A stretch of 64,000 nt of DNA from Candidatus Latescibacterota bacterium (GCA_965219385.1 CBDCNM010000001.1:174631-238630), one strand, 5' to 3'; counted from the first letter of the stretch, positions 1 to 10,792 are shown. Translations and numbers: made by a program. The notes: generated from the letters alone by a model not told the origin.

Positions 1-881
1 CAACGGCGGGTCCGTCGGAGGGAGACGCCTGGTATCGTTCGAGTACCTCACCGGTATGGGCATCGACAAAGTAGCGCCAGCGCTCGTGCAAATTGGGCCG
101 AATCTCCACGCACCACGTCAAACGCACCGGCTCCTCCAGCCGCGCGCTCCACAGATACAGCTCGGCCTCGGGGCCGCGGTAGTCCAACAGGTCCTGCATC
201 CTGGGACTGAGGGTTTTTATTGATCTATGCAGCCCCAAGTCGCCCAACGCCAGGTCAATCGCCGCCTCGCGCGTTATGGACGGCTCGACCTTGGTGATGG
301 TCCGGCGACGGCTGGTAGCGGCCGTTGATCGCGTAGAGACCCTGTTCCGCGCTCCAGTGCCCGGCGATGGAGGCCCCCCACACCGGCACACCCTGATAGC
401 GCTGTTCCAACTGCACGTGCTCCCATCCTGCCCGATCCTTGCGCGTGGCGCGATGGACGAGTTCCGACGACGGATCGCGCAGGCGAAACAGCTCGGCGTT
501 CTCGGTGATGAAATGGAGTACCTCCGCTCCGGGAGCGCCTGCCGTGGTGCGCTTTGCGGCTGCGCCGTGCGGCCGGTTGAATTGCACGAAGATGGGGGTC
601 TGATGGGTTGACTCGCGCACCACGGTCCACGGGGCCGAAGACGCGACCAGTTTACCCGCTGCCAATCCCCGGGATGCACGACTCGCCGCTGCCGCTTTCG
701 CCGCGTAGGCATTCGGCATCGTCAGTGTACGGGTCTGTGGAGGCGGCGCGCCACGGGGCGGCTTGACGACTTTGCCCTGGGGCCGTGCCCCCGCGTCAGG
801 GCAAGCCGCGAGTAGACCCAGGAGGCCGGCGATTACGATCCTCCCCCAAAACTGGCGAGATTCGGTTTTCACGGTTTTCAT
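1..881 (-). pseudogene. Secreted M4-family (thermolysin-like) metallopeptidase, N-terminal propeptide region (FTP/PepSY-like); frameshifted near 295 and running off the window
   Basis: Signal peptide MKTVK...LLAAC and FTP-like motif HVQLEQRYQGVPVWG. After a frame change at ~295 it reads ITKVEPSITREAAIDLALGDL...WRYFVDAHTGEVLERY (PepSY-like). The catalytic domain is not in the window. Confidence 0.7.
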
Positions 882-1366
882 GATGATCCCTCCTTTGGTT
901 GTTGTTGCCGTTTTTTTCTCAACTCCCTGCAGAACTGCCTGACCTTGCCGTACCATTCCTTCAGTTCCGCTGGCGCATCGCTAGCGTTCGACCAGGACCA
1001 AGCATAGCTGGTATCCGGCAAAGAATAAACGATCCTCGTGGTCATGTTGCCTGTCGTCTCATATGCTATTTTCAGTGCGCCGGTTCCTTCCAGTTGCCGG
1101 GCGAATTCCGCAATTTTCTCTGGATCCGCCTGGACGGCCCACAGAATGGAATCGGGTTGAGCCGGAAATCGCCGCCAGGCTTCTACTTTGCCGTCGGAAT
1201 GCAGGTAAAACCCCCTGACCAAGCCGGTAAATCCACCTCCTGTTGCAACGGATATTTTAAAGGCGTTCAGGCTTTGGCTGCCGGGCGTAGCCAGTCGGCA
1301 GCCTGAATGGGCAAAAATCACAGAAAAAAAGAACAAGCAGGTAAATCTGAGCATGGAATCCATCAA
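878..1366 (-). CDS. Putative lipoprotein, possibly emfourin-like (M4 peptidase inhibitor)
   Basis: Hydrophobic signal ending in HSGC, motif ISVATGGGFTG; stop overlaps the peptidase start (ATGA). Confidence 0.6.
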   Translation of the reverse strand: MMDSMLRFTCLFFFSVIFAHSGCRLATPGSQSLNAFKISVATGGGFTGLVRGFYLHSDGKVEAWRRFPAQPDSILWAVQADPEKIAEFARQLEGTGALKIAYETTGNMTTRIVYSLPDTSYAWSWSNASDAPAELKEWYGKVRQFCRELRKKRQQQPKEGSS

Positions 1367-1422
1367 GCACCTGGAAAGATTTCTAGGTGAAGAACGGGGA
1401 GCATGTGTCCTAATCCCAGCCC

Positions 1423-1848
1423 TTACCGCCCGACTGGGAAGCCGAGCCCAACCTGAATGGTAAAGGCTCGGTTCTTAACCTCATCAAAACCGCCGCCGCG
1501 GTCGGATCCTCGGCTGTGAGGGTGGATGACCCGCCCCCTTTTTCTTCGGATGGCCCTCGTCGAGATGATGGCGGTCGATCCGGTCACAGGCCCTTCGTGG
1601 CGTCGCCCCCGACCCATCAACCACTTGCTCGCCCCCCAGGGCGCCTCGTCCCTGGACACACAGCCGATCCGTCCGTCAGGGCCCGGAACAGGCTCGGCGA
1701 TGCGGTACGAGGCGACCCGCTTACCCGCTCTACCCGACGTACGCAAAGTCGACAATCCATCCATCTTAGCCCCGGGTTCGTCCAATACACTTTGCCATTT
1801 GCCAAGTCCAGAGCCAGTTCACCGGGAAAAAGGTCTAATCCTTGACAT
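1423..1848 (-). pseudogene. Collapsed gene remnants: YWTD beta-propeller fragment plus outer-membrane beta-barrel C-terminus
   Basis: ELALDLANGKVYWTN near 1780-1820; DEVKNRAFTIQVGLGFPVGR* ending at 1423; no continuous ORF. Confidence 0.45.
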
Positions 1849-1913
1849 TCTTGACCTCAATTCACCGCATTTTCATTTTTATACACAGCGTCTCCACTCA
1901 TATCACGCATCAC

Positions 1914-1928
1914 GCAAAATTCGTGCCA
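1914..1928 (-). promoter_or_regulatory. Sigma-54 -24/-12 promoter
   Basis: Minus strand TGGCACGAATTTTGC matches the consensus TGGCACG-N4-TTGC exactly. Confidence 0.75.
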
Positions 1929-2004
1929 TGATTTGTACAAAACAGGCAACACATTGTAGATGAAGGAGTTAGAATATACAAGAGCCGATTGGAAAGTATC
2001 GACA

Positions 2005-2022
2005 TGTTGCAGAAATGCTACA
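2005..2022. promoter_or_regulatory. Putative enhancer-binding-protein UAS
   Basis: Near-palindrome TGTTGCAGAAATGCTACA ~80 bp upstream of the sigma-54 site; similar TGTTGCAATTTGAAAC near 2123. Confidence 0.5.
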
Positions 2023-2179
2023 CGAAAACCGCCCGGGCGACCGTGTCACGGCTCTGACAGAAGCTATAAATGGATGTAAGGTAAGGACTTACGGGAAAAA
2101 CCTAATGGAGGAACAGAGGATGTGTTGCAATTTGAAACGCGAGGCGCGTTTTGCGACGCGGTGGCCGCGACGCCTCGGT

Positions 2180-2723
2180 TTCGAGAGCCCCTTGCGAGGC
2201 GTTTAAAATCCGCATCGGGCCGAGGGTGTTCGTCAACCTTCTCAACTACCCCGTCCAGATAGCGTCGGATCGAGAGCGAATCGTCAGGGTGGCGATGATC
2301 CTCAGGCGACCGCCACAGGCCGCGCGAAGCAAAGCACACGCCGTACGCACCCTGGTGGCCGGATCGTTCAGGGCCCGTCGCAAGCGCTGACCCGCGCGTG
2401 CTGGTGGCGATGATCCCCCGCACCGAGGCCGCCGTGAGGGCGGCCCGCACGGGCTCCTCGACCGAGAGCAGATCGGCTGAGGTGTCGTCGAGCCGGCCGC
2501 GTTTGGTACACAGGCGGATGATGTGGCGCGCACTCGTCGGCACGATCTGCTGCACGTCTGGGTCGGACAACGGCGGGGCCGCTACGAAAACCGGCGCTTC
2601 GTCCCCATAGACGTAGACCCCGTCGAACATGAGCACGTGCAGGTGGGGATTGAGGTTCAGGGCGGAACCGGATCTCCGGACGAAAGTTACCAAGTCGCAG
2701 CGTGCGCCCACGCCAGCAGACAA
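2180..2723 (-). mobile_element. IS91-family (Y2 rolling-circle) transposase remnant
   Basis: GSALNLNPHLHVLMFDGVY (HUH motif); truncated and degenerate. Confidence 0.75.
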
Positions 2724-2760
2724 CCACTAACGCACAAACTAAGTTTTTTGGAACATAAGG

Positions 2761-3942
2761 GGCTTTGTTGCATAAAAACCGGCCGGGTATGTCGTTGCCA
2801 GCCCTGTGTGGTTTAAGCCCCTTTGTCCACCGGATAGGATTCCGGTTTACCCAGATGCAGCAGCCGGTTGAGCAGCGCACAGCCCAACCGAGCTTCACGC
2901 TGTTGGTTGGCCAGACTCCGAGCCCGCAAGGGGCCGCCCATGATCCGCTTGTAGCGAAACAGCTGCGTTTGGGCCAATGAGCGGCGAGGATAGCCACTGG
3001 CCTTTTCCAGGCTCGACGGCCCTGTTGGCGAATGGCTCGAAGGGTCTCATCGCGGGCCAACGGCGCGGCCTGGGGGTTGCTATGTTGCTCGATCTTGGCG
3101 TCCTTGCGGGGCGCAATAATGGGCCGAATGGGCGGCCCTCGCGCCGGGTCGGCCCACGCGTCGAAGACCTTGCGCTTGTCATAGGCTCCATCGCCGCGAA
3201 GGCGCCTCAATGGGTGCCTCGACTTGCTCCAGCAACGGCTCGACCTGCCCGGCATCATCCTGGTTAGGGGTCGTCAAGGTCTGTGCCACGATGGTGCCGG
3301 TGGCCGCATCCACGCCCAGATGCAGCTTGCGCCAGGTGCGCCGTTGGGTCCCCCCGTGCTGGCGCACCTTCCACTCGCCTTCGCCCTACACCTTCAGCCC
3401 GGTCGAATCGACTACCAAGTGGATCGGCTCGCGCCCTCGTGGTTGGGGCAGCTCCACCGCCCAGCCGGCCGCCCAGACCGGGTAGTGTGATCGGGCACGG
3501 GCAGGTCCAAGCCCATCCGTGCCAAGACCGAGACGAGCAACCCGCCGGCCGGCCGCAGCGGCAGATGATAGACCCGCCCCAGGGTCAACGCCGTGTGGAT
3601 GGCTACATCCGAAAAGGTGTATGGCGCCCCCCGCTGGGGTGGGCCTTGGTAATACCACGCCTGGGCTAGCGGGGGAGTAACCTACACCGTCAGACGGCCG
3701 CGCTGCTGGAGCCCGGCCTCGTAGGCTGGCCCATTACGCACCCGGTACACCACCTTCGAGCGGCGAGCAGGACGGCGACGGGCCTTGACCGAGCGGGGGG
3801 AAGACGATACTTTGGACCTGACAGGCTTCTTGGCGGAAGGGGCATTGATTTTCTTGGGAAAAAGTCATGGCCAATCTAACAAGGAGCCTGTCTTCATTCA
3901 AGGCGGTACGGAAGAAGGACCACCGATTCATGCACCAACGCC
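2761..3942 (-). mobile_element. IS5-family, IS903-group element with frameshifted transposase
   Basis: Ends GGCTTTGTTGCATAAA and (rc) GGCGTTGGTGCATGAAT. Fragments IHLVVDSTGLKV, RRTWRKLHLGVD and GDGAYD lie in different frames. No target duplication seen. Confidence 0.85.
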
Positions 3943-3998
3943 CGTCATTGCTGAAAACAGTAGGCGCCTCCTCCCCTCCCCGCTATTCGGCCATTTGC

Positions 3999-4023
3999 AA
4001 TATACGCATAATATGCATATATT
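3999..4023. promoter_or_regulatory. Inverted-repeat operator upstream of the brnTA-like TA pair
   Basis: AATATACGCATA-A-TATGCATATATT: 12-bp arms with one mismatch, 6 bp before the toxin ATG. Confidence 0.6.
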
Positions 4024-4029
4024 TTGACT

Positions 4030-4300
4030 ATGGACATCGAATGGGACCCATAAAGCCAAAAGTAACTTTGCCAAGCACGGCGTATCATTCTCAGACACTG
4101 AATCGGTACTCTTTGATCCTTGTGCTTTGACGGTTGCAGATGATCGGGAGGTAGCCGAAGACCGGCATGTTACTATTGGTTTGGATGCTTTGGGGAGGAT
4201 CCTCGTGGTAGTATACGTAGTTTACGAAGAAACCATAAGGATAATTTCGGCGAGACAAGCGACTCGGGGAGAAAAGAAGACTTATGAAACAGGAATATGA
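4030..4300 (+). pseudogene. brnT: BrnT-family ribonuclease toxin, frameshifted after codon 7
   Basis: MDIEWDP* then in a shifted frame KAKSNFAKHGVSF...EDRHVTIG...IRIISARQATRGEKKTYE; not in the ORF track. Confidence 0.85.
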
Positions 4301-4535
4301 TTTCAGCCGTGGGAGACGAGGGGTGGTAGTTCCGCAAAAAGGAAAAACGCGAATTACCATGTATGTAGATAACGACGTACTGGATGCCTTTCGTTCATTT
4401 TCAGAAAAGGTGGGTACAGGTTATCAAACCATGATCAACGAGGCATTGAAAGATTACCTTGGAAAGAAGAAGCCTCCTGTTGACGAGAATACCCTGCGTC
4501 GAGTTTTGCGAGAGGAATTGCACGCAGCGAGCTGA
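4284..4535 (+). CDS. brnA: BrnA-family antitoxin
   Basis: MKQEYDFSRGRRG...KTRITMYVDNDVLDAFR...GYQTMINEAL; overlaps the toxin 3' end. Confidence 0.9.
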   Translation: MKQEYDFSRGRRGVVVPQKGKTRITMYVDNDVLDAFRSFSEKVGTGYQTMINEALKDYLGKKKPPVDENTLRRVLREELHAAS

Positions 4536-4606
4536 TTATTCAATTGATAGATTTGTGTGCTATCGTCGAAATTTTCAGAGACGTACTTAAACACGCCCGC
4601 AACGAC

Positions 4607-4694
4607 GTATAACAACACGGTTTGCACTACGGTGCTGTTGCGCCTTGGCCTTCGGCAATCCCTTCGGGGTTCGCAAACCGGCAGGACGTTAAAG
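4607..4694 (+). other. attC site 1 (integron cassette recombination site)
   Basis: R'' GTATAAC ... R' GTTAAAG; inner arms CGGTTTGC/GCAAACCG; 88 bp, intergenic. Confidence 0.8.
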
Positions 4695-4749
4695 TAAAGG
4701 AAATGGGAAAGAAGTCACATGGACTACAGCTATACCTGCGAATATTAAA

Positions 4750-6517
4750 ATGTCAAGTGAACTTATTAGTAAAAAGGCCCGAACCGAATTACGAGAATAC
4801 TTCGTTGGGACGACCTTACGAGAGATCGAAACGGAATTTGACACAGCAGATGTCCCGTTCGATGAAAATTATGAACCATCAACGAGTGGGCAGCGCAGAT
4901 CTCTTGTCGAGCAATATTATCATGCGGTAGATTGGTCAAAATGGAGCGACGTTAGAAAAGTACTCACAGTCTATGAAAATGTCCTTGCAGAATTAGAAGT
5001 AAATGCTGAGAATGGGGATGACTGGGCCGAAAATTCGTTTAAATCGCTTCGTAAATGGATTGAACGTGATGGGTATAAATATGATAAGTGAAAGGCTTAT
5101 TTCGCCCGGTAAACACTATGGACTTGAGGAAATAGCAGACACTGCTGCAAATTTCGATTTGCCTGAGCTTCATAGACAAATCGAGAGAATTAAAAATTCT
5201 GTTGAAGATGATCCTGGTTTAGCCATTGGTACAGCAAAAGAGCTTGTTGAAACTACATGTAAGACAATTCTTGAGCAACGATCAATTGCCATTGGGAATG
5301 ACCCTGACATTGGAAGACTAATTAAGGAAACAAGAAAGGTCTTGGGGCTAGTACCAGACTCTATCCCCAGTTCAGCGAAAGGAGCAGAATCAATTCGTCG
5401 TCTCCTCAGTAATCTTGGAAATGTAGTGCAGGGTCTTTCGGAATTACGAAACTTATATGGCACTGGGCACGGTAAGCATGGTGCAACAAGAGGCTTAAGT
5501 CCACGTCATGCAAGGTTAGCCATTGGCTCGGCAGCAACTCTTAGAAGCCGTCTGAAAACCCTCTGATGTAGTCGCATTTGAACGGGCGTACTCATCGAGC
5601 CATATTCAGGTTTCACCACAAACTCTGAACAGAAAGGCTTGTATGATGAGTACACCGCGTATGCAATATGCCACCGATCTAACCGATGCACAATGGCAGC
5701 GGATCGAACCGTTGCTGCCCGCGCCGCGCTGGCGGCTTCACGGTCCGGGTCGGCCGCCGCGGGATCGACGCCAGCTTGTCAACGGCCTTTTGTATTTGAA
5801 CAAGACGGGGTGTCCTTGGGCGTTGTTGCCTGCTTGTTTTGGGCCGTGGAAAACGGTGTATGATTACTTTCGTCGCTGGAGCCTGCAAGGGGTCTGGCCG
5901 CTGGTGTTGGATCGGCTGACTAAGAGGGAGCGCCGCCAGAGCGGCCGGGCTGCGATGCCGTCGGCTGGCGTAGTCGATAGTCAGACGATTAAGACCGCAA
6001 CGCATGGTAAAACAACCGGTTATGACGCCGGCAAAAAGATCAAAGGCCGCAAACGGCATCTGTTGGTGGACCCGTCGGGTTTGCTTCGACAGGTGGTGGT
6101 CACCGCCGCCGATGTCGAGGATCGAGAGGGTTTGAAGCAGGTGTTGACCCGCTTGAAGGCCGCCGGCGTGGCTCGGTTACGCAAGCTGTGGGTTGATGGC
6201 GGCTACCAAGGCGAGGCCATCCGAACGTGGGTGGCCAACCAAAAAAAGACGCACAAAATAGACTTGGAAGTCGTCGCCAAACAAGGCTCCGGATTTACCG
6301 TAGTTAAACGCCGGTGGGTCGTCGAGCGCACGTTTGCGTGGTTGATGAATTTTCGCCGACATGCCCGAGATTATGAGGTCTTGACCCGCCATAGTGAAGC
6401 CTTGATCCAGATTGCCATGATCCACTTGCTACTTAAACGAATCAAATGAAAATTAGAGTTTTCAGACGGCTTCTTACAACCTTCCTCTTTGAAACACACG
6501 TAGAAAGAAGTGTTTAA
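4750..6517 (+). pseudogene. Abortive-infection protein (N-terminal helical domain plus Abi_C domain); frameshift at ~5087 and IS insertion at 5543
   Basis: AIGTAKELVETTCKTIL and LSELRNLYGTGHGK (HEPN-like R-x-H Abi_C motif). Removing the IS and one TTA restores ...SAATLTTFLFETHVERSV* (stop 6515-6517); 277 aa reconstructed. Confidence 0.85.
5544..6473 (+). mobile_element. IS5-family (IS1031-like) element; intact transposase 5643-6449
   Basis: Perfect 16-bp IR GAAGCCGTCTGAAAAC, TTA target duplication, motifs VDSQT, DGGYQG and RWVVERTFAW. Confidence 0.95.
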
Positions 6518-7421
6518 AGAGAATAAAAACTGATGTAATATTGCGTTATTTCCCTACAACATAAGCTTCAATATTTCGATTAATTATGCTTACGGAACGC
6601 AGAAATGAGTAAGATCGCCTTGTGTATTGGCAACGCCAATTACCCTGAGAGTTCGCTGAAAAATCCCTGCAATGATGCGAATGATGTTGCTGCCAGTCTT
6701 GAATCGTTAGGCTTCGCCGTCTGTAAACTGACCGATGCCTCAACGGTCGAAATGGAGGACGCGCTTAGAACATTTTCTGGTGACTTAGCTACAGCACATG
6801 TAGGGCTTTTCTTTTTTGCTGGCCACGGTATGCAGATCGAGGGCACGAACTTCCTCACAGCAGTTAATTCTAATTTTGAATCGAAGCTTGATGCTAAGCA
6901 TTCGTCACTTTCTCTTGACAAAGTACTTGATGTATTTGAACAGGGTAGTAATGCGACTAGTATCGTCCTCTTGGATGCTTGCCGAAACAACCCCTATGAA
7001 CGTCGCTGGCGTGGCACCGAGACACTTGGATTGGCCTCTATATACGCCCCAAAAGGAACGATAATCGCGTATGCTACATCACCTGGGCAGACAGCCTCAG
7101 ATGGTAGTGGACGAAACGGTGCATTCACCGCCGCTTTACTCCAGCATATCAGTACCCAGAACGTAAGCATTGAAGATTTGTTCAAACGAGTGCGCAACAC
7201 TCTCAGTGCCAGTACACTTGCCAAGCAGACAAGTTGGGAGCACACATCTCTCATGGGTGATTTCTTCTTCAACCCAATATCTCTTACAGGCGAGATGAAC
7301 ACTGCTTATTCAAGAGAAGCTATGGCAGATGGAGAGTTTACCTGCCATGGTGGCCGTCCTCTAAGCACTGTTCTTGAAGGTCTTCGCAGCCATAATTGGC
7401 ACCGACAGAATACAGCGATTA

Positions 7422-8375
7422 GGCTGTGTACGATAAAAGGTTTTTGAGCCAAATACGGATGAAAGCGAGTATGATCATCGCCTGATACCTGTCGGCGTGT
7501 TTTTCATATCGGGTGGCAATGCGTCGGTTTTCTTTGAGCCGTCCGATGAGTCGTTCCACCACATTGCGCTGCCGATATAAGTCCTTGTCGAATCCGATGG
7601 CCTCAGGGGGATACTCCCCCTGCCGATTTTTTCGATGGGCGATCACGGGCTTGGTTCGCCGTTGGCGCAGTTTCTCGCGGATGGATTGACTATCATAGGC
7701 TTTATCACCGGCCAGGGCTTCAAACCGGGTGCGCTTGGGACCGGGTTTGCCTCCAATGGCCACTGAATCGAGCAAGGCGTCTACCTGGGTGGATTCATGC
7801 TGCTGACCCGGGGTTATGGTAACCGTGATGGGCTTGCCCGCCCCTTCACAAAGGACATGAATTTTGGTGGTATAGCCGCCACGGCTTTGCCCAAGCCCCT
7901 GTTTTTGAAGGCTTTCTTCACGGCTTATGGAAACACCATTTATGTTTTTTTTGCCCCGGCGGCTGCTTTATGCGCCCGAACGATGCTCCCATCGAGGGCG
8001 GCGAACGTAAAATCGATCTGATCCATATGGCGCGCTTGGGCTTCTAACGCATCCAGGATCTGTTGCCATAAGCCTTTTTGTTCCCAACGACGAAACCGGT
8101 CGGCCCCCGTGCTCCAAGGGCCGTACCGGGGGGGCAAATCGCGCCAAGGCGCGCCGGTGCGTAAAATCCAGAAAATGCCGTTGAGCACTTGGCGATGACT
8201 CCGATAAGGGCAGCCCGGTTTGCCCGACCGTTCGGCAGGTAACAACGGCTTTAGCAGGGCAAATTCTTCATCGGTTAAGTCGTAGCGGGCCATCGGTATC
8301 CCCTCCTTCGATTCAATGGTTGAAAGAGAGTATACCACGTCCCAATACTATTTCAAGCAATTATCGTACACAGCC
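7422..8375 (-). mobile_element. IS5-family (IS427 group) element, orfA/orfB joined by a -1 frameshift
   Basis: IR GGCTGTGTACGATAA, TA duplication; A8 run at the orfA end leads into GQSRGGYTTKIH...GDKAYDS...RNVVER. Confidence 0.93.
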
Positions 8376-8672
8376 TAGTAAACTTACACAGATTAACCTG
8401 CCAGACTGTTCTTCGGACGAGTTATTCGTTCTTGGTCGCAACCTATACCAGACGGCATGTGGAGGCTCATTTGGAAGCTCAAATCTCGCTGATAGATACT
8501 TCAATTCTCTCCGTCAGAACCTGAATTCTTGCGATGATGAAACTACTTTTCACATGGTTAATGGTATGCTTTACGAGATTTACTTTGGTTCCGATGGGAA
8601 GTTTAGAAATCGCATGAAGGGCGATAGACTTGAGGATGTATATTACATAGAAGAAGATCCTCAGTTCGAGCC

Positions 8673-10301
8673 GGGTGCATTAGCCGATTGTGTAAACCCG
8701 GTGATCACTGGGTCAGCCGGGCCTGAGCGTGTCTCTCGAAGACGGCCTCGAGGGTGCCGTTGTATTTGGCGCATCGTAATGCCAGCATGTGGTTGCTGGA
8801 GGCCTGGTACCACCAGGCGCCAGAGCGCTTGAGGCGCACTTGAGCAACGAATCGATGGGCCGACTCGATGGCTCCGGAGCCAATGGGGTAACCGCCTTTG
8901 CGATGACTTCCATACTCCACTCGAGACAGATGCTCGCTCAGATAGCTTACGGCGGCAGCGATCGCCTTGGCGGCTTCCTCGCAGATCGGCTGCATGCGCT
9001 GCAGGCCCCAGAGCACGCCGGCGGCTTCGTTGCCGTTGAGGCGGGCCATCGTAGCCTCCAGCCACTCACAGGCCCGCGACGGGTCGGCGCCGTACTGCGT
9101 TTGGGCTACTTCATGCAAGTACTGGCTGAGGTGGTAGAAGTCGAGCACTTGACGCGCCGAGGGGAACAGCTCTTGGACCCACTTCCAGATCCACGACGCG
9201 CCATCGCCGATGACGCACAGCCGTACTTGATCTTCGGGGATACGACCCTCGTCCTTGAGGCGCTTGAGGGCGTGTCCCAATTCCTCCTCGGTGGCCACCT
9301 GGTGCCAGGAGATGAGGTGGACGATGCGCTCCTCGTCCACCAGAAACAGGCGGAAGCCCTTGGCTTCGCGGTACTCCCCCTTCCAACGAGCCCGATGCGC
9401 CCGCTGGCGGCGCCGTCCGGGTCGCGCCCCACGGGCCGTGTCCGGACGCGTGGGGATCATGCTCCCAACCAGGGCCAGCACCGCGATCGGACGCCAGCTA
9501 CGACCGGCCTGCAGTGTTTCGATGCGTTCCTGGATTACCTCTCGGCTCGGAGCCACGTCGAGCACATCCAGAGAGCCGCCGAGCTGGTCGACGACCTCGT
9601 GGATAGCACAGTCGCTCAGGCGCGCATCGGTGAGGCGCGCCAGGAACGCCTCCGCGTCCCCATAGGGCATCTCCATCGCCAACCGAGTGGCCTCCTCCTG
9701 CACATCGGACTGCTTGCGCTCGGGGGTCAGACCCAGCGCCGCGTCCAAGGGGGCATAGCCGACACGGCAACGACGGCAGTAGAAATACGGGCGCTGCAGG
9801 CGACTGGTGCCCATCAGCGTCTCCACCGTACGGCCGCGAAGCGCCTTCTCCCGATGCACACAACGACCACAGCCCGGACACGGAGCGACGTCTTGCGTCA
9901 GCAGATCAGCGTAGTGTTGCTGCACGTACGCTTCGACCACCGCACCCATCAGCGCACCGCGGTGCGCGCCCAGGCACGCCGTCAGATCCCGAAGGCGCGG
10001 TCGCTCGTCCTCGAGCTCGGCCAGATCCGTGTCGACAGCATCCAGGATTCTATCCACCATCGCATGAACCTCGGCGCGCGCAGTCGTCGCCTGCGCCCTC
10101 TCTTGAAGCGCCTTCCAGGCCACGAGTGCACCCATCGAAGGTCTCCTTCCTCATGCCAGGGGAATACCCGCGGGGAAGGCAATCGACTCGTCGTAGCCAC
10201 AACGGCTCGTCCTAGTGCCCAGGGAAGGCACTTCCTTTCCTATTATAGTCAGGGTGGCCAAAATCCGCTCGAAAAAACCTACGCAATCAGCTAATGCACC
10301 C
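8673..10301 (-). mobile_element. ISKra4-family element; transposase 8705-10135
   Basis: IR GGGTGCATTAGC(C/T)GATTG, 9-bp duplication GTTCGAGCC, motifs GDGASWIW, LDFYHL and IGSGAIES. Confidence 0.92.
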
Positions 10302-10699
10302 GTTCGAGCCTTCATTCCGCTTCTGTAGAGAAGCTCTCCAACCGTACCAGGAGCTGATGTTTTATGTGCTACTTGACTTACGAGATGTGGTCTTTGATGC
10401 AGTTATCGAACCTGAGTCTGAGAGATGTCATCGATTAAAAACACTTCTCTTTGGTGGTGACAATGTATTATTTGCTAGGGATGGAGAAACACTGCCGGCA
10501 GACACACACGAATGGGCTCAATCATCCTTTAAAGTAGGTCAGTTTGAGGACAAACTTACGGCAAATCTTGCCATTCCTAGACGACGCCTTCGTGTTACTT
10601 ACTCTAACGACATAGAAGTTGAAGACACTATCATAGCACTCTATGACTTCGTGATTATTCGACCGGGAGCATCACTGGAGTAAATAAACATCCCACATC

Positions 10700-10792
10700 C
10701 TTTAACATTCCTTTGACGCAGCGCCGCCATACGACGGCTTGGCCTTCGGCACCCCAGCTACGCTAGGGTCGTCAACGGAAGAACTGTTATGC
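10700..10792 (+). other. attC site 2
   Basis: R'' CTTTAAC (complement of the previous R' GTTAAAG) ... R' GTTATGC; arms TTCCTTTGACG/CGTCAACGGAA; shares CTTGGCCTTCGGCA with attC1. Confidence 0.85.

Larger units (their letters stand above)
6605..10683 (+). pseudogene. Caspase-family (peptidase C14) protein with uncharacterised C-terminal domain, split by two IS elements
   Basis: KIALCIGNANY, FFAGHG and LDACR (His/Cys dyad). Segments 6605-7421, 8378-8672 and 10311-10683 join in frame (1485 nt, 494 aa). Confidence 0.9.

Noticed and set aside
8789..10294. 501-aa + strand ORF
   Set aside because: Antisense shadow of the ISKra4 transposase.
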